Source of the DNA: Proteromonas lacertae | Lineage: Eukaryota | Assembly: GCA_002245135.1 (NCBI GenBank) | Contig: NGBS01001165.1 | Location: forward strand, 1-64,000 | Direction of reading: 5' to 3' | Length of the DNA stretch: 64,000 bases | Shown: positions 54,189 through 64,000 of the stretch, in pieces | Numbering within the stretch: the stretch's first letter is position 1 | How the letters are laid out: each line of letters opens with the position of its first letter | Notes under the pieces: generated by a model | Told to the model about the DNA's origin: nothing | Database searches by the model: none | The model's input: only the letters and a program-made list of their open reading frames with translations | Made by a program: the position numbers and the translations under genes

Positions 54189-56791
54189 ATGCAAGTATAT
54201 TTTTAAATGTGATGATATGTCATAGGATGAATTTTGTGAAAAGCTTCCAGATGTAGAATTAGGTAAAATATTGTTAATTTATACTGATAGATGCTTCATT
54301 TGAAGATTTGCTAATTGATGATTCATTACCCTATCCAGAAAGAGTGTTGAAGTATATCCACAGTGATCATTCTCTTCAAAGGTATGTACGAAGATATTAA
54401 ATAAAATATATAGAGTTAAACATGTGAAACTAATAGCTTACTCCATTGAAAACCTTCCATTTTCTAGAATTGAAACATTATTAGATGAAGTATTGCCTTG
54501 TATTTGTAAAGACAAAGAGACATTAATTAGACTGACACTAACTCAAGAATTACGTGAAATAATCAAAATAATCTCAGCTCATAACAAAGAAGGAATAGAT
54601 TATATCGAAAATAAAATCATTCCAATTTTGAAAGATTTATTAAGAGATAATGAAATAAGTGTATATATATATATATATAATAATAATATAATAATAATAA
54701 ATAGATTCGTGAAGAAGCTAGTAATACATTTTGTTATTGTGCTTCAATCTTACCTTGTAGTGAAACATCCACTCATATTTTACCAATATTAATTGAACTA
54801 ACACACGATGATGAAGGAGAAGAAATGAGAAGTCAAATAATCGCATGTCCATTGTTAAATAAAATCTCTAACTATGTAGGACCAGATTATACAATCGAAT
54901 TTTTAGTTCCTGGCTTAATATGTTTAAGCGAAAATTCTCATTTTCAAGTAAGAAAATCAGCTGCCTTATCTTATAATGAGATATGTAATATCACATTTCC
55001 TGATATTGTGTTATATAAATTATTACCATCATTTCGAAGATTATGTAAAGATGAAGTATGGAGTGTTAGAAAAGCTTGTTGTGATTCGTTAATAAAGTTG
55101 AGTAAAGTAATTCCTGTTGATTTGAGATTATATTATTTATGTGATATTGCTATAGAATTTTCGAAAGATTGTAGTAAATGGGTTAAAAGTTCATATTATA
55201 AGAACTTAGGTGAATTTATATCAAATTTACCTGGAAATAAAGTATATATATTTACTTAAATATGATATGATTAGATTCCTAATGCTTTATTAGAACATTA
55301 TTATTCATTTTCTAAACCTAATTTGTTGTTTGTAAATGATATAATAATCAGTTGTGCAGAATCATTCGTGAATGTATTAAATACTTTAGGTAAAAGTAAA
55401 TGGAATGAATTAAAACCAGTTTTACAATTTCTAGTTCGAAATCCAAATGTTTTAGTTCGAAAAGCTATAGCATCAAATCTTCATTATGTATAATAATTGT
55501 TATTATTATTGTGTTTATAGATTGGCAAATTAATTTCACCTGAATATTCTTTAGAATTGAATAGTTATTTGGAATTATTTTTGAATGATTCAATGGATGT
55601 AAAACAAGAAGTAGTAAAACATATAGCAAGTTATATATATTATTTACCAGTTGAAAATAGAGTAAAATATATTGATGTATATTATTATATATTATTATTT
55701 GTAAAAATAGACTCCTAAATCAATAATCTCAACTCCCTCATTAAATTGGAGATTTAGACAATGTATTGCATCTCAATTCAAAGAATTTATATCCTATTTA
55801 CCATTTCAAACAATAGCTGAAGTATTTCTACCACTTTGTATAACTCTCCTATCTGATATTGTATCAAATGTTAGAACTGCAATGTATAATATATAATATA
55901 CTTAATATCTAAATAGTTTATCTTCAATTGGTGAATTATTACTAATATTAAATGATAAAGAGAAAAACAATGGCAATGAAACTCCACTGAATGATTTTAT
56001 CAAACAATTAGTGAAATTTTCAACAATGAATACTTATTTAAAAAGACAAACATACATTGAGATATGTAATTCCATAATTCCAGTAATAGATTCAAATTTA
56101 TTCAATAAATATTTCCTAAATAGTTTAATCGAATTATCAAATGATAAAATCAGTTTAATTCGATTAACAGTGAGTATTCTAATCTCAAAGAATAATAATG
56201 TTGAATGGTTTCGAAGCAATGAAGAAATTGTAAAGATAGTCAATAAATATAAAAATGATGAATGTGAAGATATTCGAAATACAATTCCTTTAATAATTCC
56301 TTCAATTCCTCAATTAATATCAACTAATTCTGCTTATTTACCAACTCCCAAAAGCAATGAAAGTATATCTTCATTAATATCTCCGTCAGATATAATCTCA
56401 CCTCCAGCTACAACACCATGTATATATTATTATTATTATATAAATGTAAATAGCTTCTGCATTTCAAGTTGATCCAAGTTTTGAAGGAATAATCAATCAA
56501 ATGAAAGAAAAGCTGAATAGTTTAAGTATAATAATTGATAAAGATTGGAGTGAGAAATTGAATCGATCTTTATATTATAATTTATATCCTCTAATACCTG
56601 AAGCTCCTCGACCTAAAGTGATGTTTTTGTTTGAAAATTCAATAAAAATAATGGATGTAAAGATTTGTGATAGTGTAGTTAATGGAATAATCGGTGGGTT
56701 AAGTCGTTATATCTCAATTGAACTGACGAAAGAGATATTAATGAAATTTCTACAACTGTTGAATGAGATGTTAGTTCAACTAAATTCTTAA
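54189..56791 (+). CDS. PPP4R1: HEAT-repeat Ser/Thr phosphatase scaffold, most like PP4 regulatory subunit 1
   Basis: N-terminal DDSLPYPERVLKY..LQR; HEAT motifs FQVRKSAA, LCKDEVWSVRKACC, DCSKWVK..LGEFIS and NWRFRQCIASQ; about 10 short introns. Confidence 0.75.
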
Positions 56792-56801
56792 CCTTATAAT
56801 A

Positions 56802-56881
56802 ACTATTGTGTTGTTATATATTGTGTTTTGTGGTTATATATATTACTTATATATATGATTTTTTTGTAGAAAAAATGAAAA
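56802..56881 (+). repeat. ~80-bp dispersed GU-rich 3'-flank element, copy A
   Basis: Closely matches 60549-60626 (ACTATTGTGTTGTTATATRTTGTGTTTTGTGGTTATATATAT...TAGAAAAAATGAAA). Confidence 0.85.
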
Positions 56882-56959
56882 ATGAAATTTCAAAACGACT
56901 CTATTTTTGTTAAGAATAAATTCAAAATAGAATTTTGCTGCTTCAACCAATAGATGTAG

Positions 56960-58068
56960 ATGATATTATATTTTTTTGTATTTATAATTACTATATCTGT
57001 AATGAATATTGTATTTTTCAATCTAATTATACTAAATCAAAGTATAGTAAACGAAGAGTTTAGTAAATGTGAAAATGATAATACATTATATGGAATCAAT
57101 TGTCTTAATTCTATAAATTACAGTTATGTTGGAGTATAGCAGTGGTGGTTTAGGTAATCGTTTAATAGGAGCAGCTAATGTAATAGTATTATCAATAATC
57201 ACGCATAGATATCCTAAGTGTATAATATATACAGTTTATTTTAATAGTAAAAAGTTGGGATGAGTTTGACAATTTCTTTAAAGTTCCGTTTTCCTCATTT
57301 ATTACTCATGCTACATATTCATGTTTATCAATAGATATATGTAATATGAATATTGAAGATATAAAGTCATTGTTAGATAGTAAAACCTCCTATATTTGTT
57401 TTAAAGAAATATGGTGTGATATGTCTTATTTTATAATTAATTTAAACATTTATAATTCATTATTAAGACAGTATCACATTATTAAAACAATAAGTGATGA
57501 TAATCCAACCAATTTAGCTTTAGAAATAAATTATCATTTATTGAATAATGTCATTCAAACAAAAACAAAATATGTTAATCAAATTAATGATATTATTGGA
57601 AAGTACCGTAATTATAATTTGATTGGAATGCATATAAGAACGGGATATGGTGATTTTAGTGATAGAATATATCTAAATGATGAAAATATTCCAGAATTTA
57701 TAAATCAAGCAAAATTATTTACATCACAATACAAAAATGATTCAAAATGGTTCATAGCAAGTGATTCAAGCAAAATAAAGTTAGAAATTCATCGTAGTTA
57801 TTCTGTTAATGTATTAACAACTTCCAGTACTTACCAAAAATCATATCATTACAATAGAAACAAAAGTGATGAATCAAGTTTGATTGATTTTTTGTTGTTA
57901 AGTAAATGTGATAAATTGATTATTACCAATCAGAGTACATTTGGATTAGTTGCTTTATTCAAGAGTGGGATATGTATAAGAGAAACTAATTTTGATAATT
58001 GTATGAAGAGTATAGGAAATGGAATTAAAACTCATAGAATCAAATTATTTGATGGTGAAGTGTATTAA
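56960..58068 (+). CDS. Type II membrane GT-B fucosyltransferase-like protein (NodZ/alpha-1,2/alpha-1,6 FucT superfamily)
   Basis: N-terminal TM anchor; GGLGNRLIG, IGMHIRTGYGD, WFIASDS, DFLLLSKCD and STFG motifs. Confidence 0.8.
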
Positions 58069-58313
58069 TTTAATTAACAAGTTGATATATATGTTGTTAT
58101 TTATAGAGATTGTTTCAATAAAACTAACAAATAAGGCAATTTATAAAGCATAAGAGATAAATGTTTGTATTTTTATTTTTTACAAAATAATTAGACATTA
58201 ATATGTTGAAGCAATAAATTAAGTATAATATAAACAAAATTTAGCTAATTACTAAATTCTTTCTATTTTAATTCAATTAAATACACAAAAATAATGATTA
58301 AACTAAAATTAAA

Positions 58314-59297
58314 TTAATTAATAACATAATTTGGATAACAACCAAAATAATCTTTTGCTTTAGTCTTTTTGAAAGTGGTATTATTCATTGTATGAGTATA
58401 TGAAATAGTTGAAGCTCTCTGATGTTTGACACAATAATTCAAAAATTCAGATATACTTGATTCTAATGTATATTCATTTTCAAAATATCTTTGAATTATA
58501 TCTGTAAATATATCCATTGTACTTACACCTAATTCTTGATTTTCAGTCAAAGACCAACTACTCTCACCTCTTTTACTACTACTCATCATTATAACATTTG
58601 GAGCATATAACTATTGAATATATATTATATTATATTATACATCTTCATATAGTGTTGCTGCTTGACATGTATCAACCATTAACAATACATCACGATATCT
58701 CTTCTTCAAATACATATCATTTAATGCTCTATATATAGTATATATAAATATAAATACAGAGTTAATTCATTTGTGGTTAATTCTTCTTTATCTTGAAATT
58801 TTAAAAATCCATCTCCTCCATGTCCTCCTAAGTAAATTAATATTGAACTATTTGAATTTGATAATAATCTTTGATTCAAACTGATAGAAGAACTTTGCTC
58901 ATTATCACTTAATACTTTTAATAGATTATGAACGGTTACATCTTTACCTTTATAATCTACTTCAATTTCGTTGTATATATCATTGTTACACCAACTTTCA
59001 TAATACATTGTCCCTTTGTGTGAATTTCTAGCATTACAAGCGAAATCATCAGACAACATTAGAATGATCTATTTTAAAATATTATCAATCCAAATATACG
59101 TGACTATCTGGTACGCCATTATCTCTAAGTATTCTGTAGATGGATAACACATCAGAATTGTGTCTATAATTGAAGTAATATTTTGAAGTTCCAACCTAAC
59201 ACTAAAAACCGATGAAATATACTAGAACAGCCCATGTATTATGTGAAAATTCAGCATAAGTTTGATACAAGAAGAGAAAAACGAGAAAGAAGAACAT
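58314..59297 (-). CDS. GPI8: GPI-anchor transamidase catalytic subunit (C13 peptidase)
   Basis: Signal peptide; HNTWAVLVGTSKYYFNYRH, DDFACNARN, GHGGDGFLKFQD and VDTCQAATLY motifs across short introns. Confidence 0.93.
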
Positions 59298-59382
59298 GAG
59301 TTTGTTTGGCTTGTTACATTTTTTTGCAAGTCAAACCTTGCATTAAACAAATTCTTTGATTTATTCAAGCAACTAAACACAA

Positions 59383-60502
59383 ATGGGTATATATAACAAC
59401 ATATTCTATCTTTTTATTTCATATATTCTCCAATATTCTAATAACTAACCTCTCTTTTTAACAAATTCCTCATTTAATGTAATAGGCTTTGATGGACGTG
59501 GCGGTGGTCGAGGAGGTGGTAGAGGTGGAGGTCGAGGTGGCTTTGGAGGAGGTCGTGGAGGAGGTGGCGGTGGTAGAGGAGGAAGAGATGCTTCAAGAGG
59601 TGGAGGTAGAGGTGGAGGTAGAGGTGGAAGCAGAGGTGGTGGTCGTGGAGGAGGGAGAGGTCGAGGAGGAGGTGGTGGTCGTGGTGGAAGAGGAGGAATG
59701 AAAGGAGGAGCTAAAGTAACAATTGAACAACATAAGTATATACTACAATTCTATCTATTTTTGCTAGACACGCAGGAGTATATATTGCCAGATCCCCCAA
59801 AGAGGATATTCTTTGTACACTCAACCTCGTACCAGGTACAACAGTATATGGAGAAAAACGTATTTCAGTAGATGATGGAACTGGAGAAAAGAGAGAATAT
59901 CGTGCTTGGAACCCATTCAGATCTAAATTAGGAGCAGCTATATTAGGAGGTGTAACAAATATATGGATAGCACCAGGAGCTAAAGTACTATACTTAGGTG
60001 CAGCTAGTGGAACAACAGTATCACACGTTTCTGATATCGTTGGACCAGTATATTTATATATATTATATTACTTATATTTATTTATTAAATATAGACTGGT
60101 GCAGTATATGCTGTAGAATTTTCCCATCGTTCAGGTAGAGATTTAATCAATGTAGCTAAGGTTAGAACCAATATTATACCAATAATAGAAGATGCTAGAC
60201 ATCCATTGAAATATAGAATGTTAGTTCCAATGGTAGATGTTATATTTGCAGATGTTGCTCAACCCGATCAAGCTAGAATTGTCTCAATTAATGCACATTA
60301 CTTCTTAAAGAATGGAGGTCATTTCGTTATATCTATTAAAGCAAGTTGTGTAGATTCAACTGCTGTACCAGAAGCTGTATTTGCTTCAGAAATTAAGAAA
60401 TTACAAGAAGAACAGTTTAAACCAAAAGAACAGTTGACTTTAGAACCATACGAAAGAGATCATGCTGTAGTTATAGGAGAATATAGACCTAGTAAAAAGT
60501 AG
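59383..60502 (+). CDS. NOP1: Fibrillarin (rRNA 2'-O-methyltransferase) with GAR domain
   Basis: RGG-rich N-terminus; [49 protein letters not shown]. Introns at 59387-59485, ~59737-59768 and ~60048-60094. Confidence 0.98.
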
Positions 60503-60548
60503 AAAGTAAATGATAAAAAAAGTAATTTGTATTAAATCAATAACCCTC

Positions 60549-60626
60549 ACTATTGTGTTGTTATATGTTGTGTTTTGTGGTTATATATATAATTTATATA
60601 TGAATTATTTATAGAAAAAATGAAAT
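60549..60626 (+). repeat. ~80-bp dispersed GU-rich 3'-flank element, copy B
   Basis: Closely matches 56802-56881. Confidence 0.85.
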
Positions 60627-60671
60627 AAAAATCATTTCTTATTTCTATTTTAAATATATTAATTATATTTC

Positions 60672-61114
60672 TTATAATATTAATAATCGAGGTAAATTAT
60701 TCATAATTATTATTTCACCATCTAATCTCTTTATACCTACTCCATTTAATACAAAAAAACCTTTCTCAATTGGTAATAATTTCATTTTTATTTCCATCTT
60801 TTCATTTCCTTCTAGTTTATATATCTCATGATTATTTTGTTGAAGTATAAAACTATTATTTTCATTCTTATTAAAATATAAACTAAACTCTATCATTTCT
60901 TCACTTTTATTCTCTACTTTTATTGCCAATTCAAAGTTTTTATTTAGTTTTAAATTGTTCATTTCTTCACTACTTATTTTTATTAATTCTTTCTTATCTT
61001 TTATTGAAATTGGAGGAGTTTGTAATTTGCCACATTCACCACCTAATGTCAACCATTTTATTGATAAATATCCAATATTTTCATTATTCTAAATATAATA
61101 ATAATAATAATAAT

Positions 61115-61147
<33 letters not shown>

Positions 61148-62029
61148 CTGCAGGTATTATAGAAGGATTATCATTGTTATAAACTTGATATAAATATCGA
61201 CGATTTGCTCCTTGAAGTAAATATTTACTTTTCAATTCTTTTAAATGAAATATTTCACTTTCTACACTTAATGGTTTTTCTTTTATTTCATTTTCCAGTA
61301 ATTTCACTTTCCAATTTGATTCTTTTACGCTTACAAATGATATTTCATGAATTAATGGAACTTGAGATATGTTTTTAAATGAAGTCTCTATATACATCTT
61401 TTCTTTTATTCTTTTTGCTTTTACCGTCACTTCTAATGGATTATACACTTCGAATTTGAATGGCTTAACTATATTCTTCTTTATATTTCCTTCTACATAT
61501 TCTATTTTGACATTCAAAGTGTGGAGTCCTACTTCTATTAGTGTTTGGGATATAACCATATTAACTGTGTGATCTACTTCAAGTAAAGGTAAAGGATTTA
61601 GTGGTTCCTAGTAATTTCTATATACTAAAATAAATACTGGTAATTTATCACCTGTTTTATGTGCATGTGATGATCTTCTATCTTTCAATTGATATGTATT
61701 CCTTGGGGTGACCAATTCTACTGAATATGCAACATTTTCTATATCACGCTTTGTTTTGTTTATTATATTCACTATACAACTGAAATTTTGTCCTAAAAAC
61801 ACATTCCTATTGAGATTTAAATAAAATTGTGAATACCCAAAGCCTTTTGGAATATTAGCGGATAAATTAAGGACCATATGCTCACACAAATCGAATGAAT
61901 TAAATAATGGAGTTGATGGTTGGGTTAGTTTCAATTCTGGCTTAAGTAAACGCATGACTAAAAATGACATAAAAAATGCACAATAATACCCTTAATTTCA
62001 AATGGACAACTACTATAATCTACAGACAT
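60672..62029 (-). CDS. TRAPPC13: Trafficking protein particle complex subunit 13
   Basis: KVMRLLKP, NVFLGQNFSCIVNI, VGLHTL..FKFEVYNPLEV and GYLSIKWLTLGGECGKLQT motifs. First exon MSVDYSSCPFEIK precedes an intron at ~61958-61989. Confidence 0.8.
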
Positions 62030-62099
62030 GTTGATTCTGTTTTGTTTTTGAAAAGAAGAAATGTCTTGAAACGAGTATATTTTTTGAATCAAAAATTAG

Positions 62100-64000
62100 A
62101 TGTTTAAATCTGTGTTGAAACTAACAAAGCCAGTGACAAAATTTACTCAAGCAGCAGCATCCTGCAATTATGTTCATTGCTGCTCTATTGTAATTCCAAA
62201 AGAATCAACTTGTAACATAAATCAACAATTGGTAAGGTGTTTTGCTAAAGAAACAAAACCAAAACAACCTAAAAAGGAATCAAAGAAAAAAGAAAAGTCC
62301 TTAAAGTCTGAAGTAAAAGCTGATGAAAAAATCACAAAGACTTCTGATCTTGCTAAAAAGAAAGAATCAAATACTGAAAAGAGCAAGAAATTAAGCAAAA
62401 AAGAAGAATATGAAAGAGCAGTTGCAGCAAAGAAAGCAAAAGAGCAAGAAATGTCAAAAGAAAAATCAAAAATAGAAAATCAGGAAGAGAAAGGTGAAGT
62501 TAATGTTACTAAAGAAATAAACAAAGAAACAGTTAATATGAATCAAAATGTTGAAATTGAGAAGGAATTTGTCCCAGATATTAACTCATGGAGTAAGAAA
62601 ATCTTATTAGCGAACTCCTTGAAGCCAGCTATCAGAATATTAGAAGAACATCAGAGTGAATTTCCCTTAAATGAAATCCCTTACATTATAAAGACATTTG
62701 GTGTGTATTTTTCATCTGCACAATCTAAACAAGGATATGCAGATATAAAAAATCTCAATGAATTCAAATCATTTTCAAATTTCTTAGATAAATATTACGA
62801 GAATAATTTCAAAGATAATAATAATACAAAATATCCAGTATATCCAGTATATATAATATAAATTTATAGATAAGTCCAACTCAAATGGTAGATGTCTTAA
62901 TCACATTAAATCGTATGAGTTTCACTAACCATTCACTCTACAACTTGTTATTTAATAAAATACAGACATTAACAAACTCATTAACACCATCACATTTATC
63001 CAAATTACTATGGTTATATGCTTCTAATAAAAGTTCAAATTATTATCATCACCAAGTCACTCCAGTAGTGAGATTATTAAATGATCATTTCAATGAATTA
63101 AGTGAAGAGAATCTATGTAGGTGTTTATGGTCAATTGCTCATTTACATCGATATGATTTTCAAGATATATTGGAGAATGGATTAAACTGTTTAGTGAAAA
63201 TGAATCAAGCCAAACAAATTGATTTGTATATTTATATATTTATATATTTATTTTATATAGACATAAGTTATTATCAATGCTTCCAGAAATACCAAATCGT
63301 AATACTTCTTCTTGTAGATAGTATATATATAAATTTATTTTGTTTTATTTATTAAATAATATAGTTTTAATGCATTATTTCGTATGTTAATCCCTTATAA
63401 TGGTCAATTATCTTATTCTGATGCAGTAACCATATTACATGCATATGTGAATCATAGTGATGATATTAGTTTCAGTACAGTGAGGAAATATGAAGATATA
63501 TTACATAAACCAACACCTGAATTAGAGAATCTATTAAATCAATCATTTATATTAGCATCTGAACAGTATATATATATATATTATTGTGTTTATTATATAG
63601 TATTAATGAATTTAACAAGTCTCAATTAGTGGAGTTTTCATTCTATATAAATCACTCCAAAACAGCTATTCCAGATCATATAATGGCAAATGTATTAAAA
63701 AAGACTTCAGAAATGATTAAAGATTATGGACCAGCTGCATCTTTAATAGCCTTAGATTTATTTGGAACTCACACAAAGGAGTTTATATTAGATAACTTAA
63801 ATGTATATTCAGCAGTATTAGAACAAGTAAAATCACATTTCAATGTAATGTCAGAAACTCAATTGAATATAACAATTGAATTGTTCAGTGTTATACACAA
63901 TATGTTGAGAGAAGAAGATAAGATATTGCCAACTTTAATACCTATTTTATATAAAATCATTACAAAACCTGAGAATAACAATTATTCTACCAGATTAGTT
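62100..64000 (+). CDS. Organelle-targeted helical-repeat protein, FASTK/RAP/OPR-like (3' end outside window)
   Basis: Basic, acid-free presequence ending LVRCFAK; repeats LTPSHLSKLLWLYA, LSEENLCRCLWSIAHL and LSYSDAVTILHAY; several short introns. Confidence 0.55.

Noticed and set aside
57093..57123. Possible non-canonical GA-AG intron in the fucosyltransferase gene
   Set aside because: A canonical in-phase GT donor 9 nt downstream (22-nt intron) explains the frame. It cannot be distinguished without RNA data.
59387..59485. Long first intron of fibrillarin as a snoRNA host
   Set aside because: No C box (RTGATGA), D box (CTGA) or H/ACA hairpins are visible.
59489..59701. Val/Glu-rich 70-aa ORF
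   Set aside because: An alternative frame of the fibrillarin RGG domain.

Overview
Very AT-rich, gene-dense eukaryotic (protist) nuclear DNA. Genes carry many tiny (~22-36 nt) GT..AG introns, sit head-to-head across gaps as short as 70-170 bp and have GU-rich 3' flanks. This resembles a Blastocystis-like stramenopile, but the organism is my inference. About 23 genes can be reconstructed by hand-splicing. Conserved ones are an Aurora-type kinase, an SDR, histone H3, a full ABCA transporter, DRG1, VDAC, PP4R1, a fucosyltransferase-like GT, GPI8, fibrillarin and TRAPPC13. Most notable: (1) a four-member family joining an Hsp110-like ATPase domain lacking its beta substrate-binding domain to a variable acidic or DxxGN-repeat linker and tandem Tudor/Agenet-like domains; (2) a Venus-flytrap/class-C 7TM receptor fused to an RGS domain; (3) a secreted protein built from tandem AmiC/UrtA-like binding-protein repeats; (4) a 2.26-kb non-autonomous Mutator-like element with ~425-bp TIRs and a 9-bp TSD; (5) a histone 3' stem-loop behind an H3 with Thr at position 10. 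Several single-base frameshifts and a 96-nt poly-T look like assembly errors. Gene models and family calls come from motif recognition only; no database searches were run.
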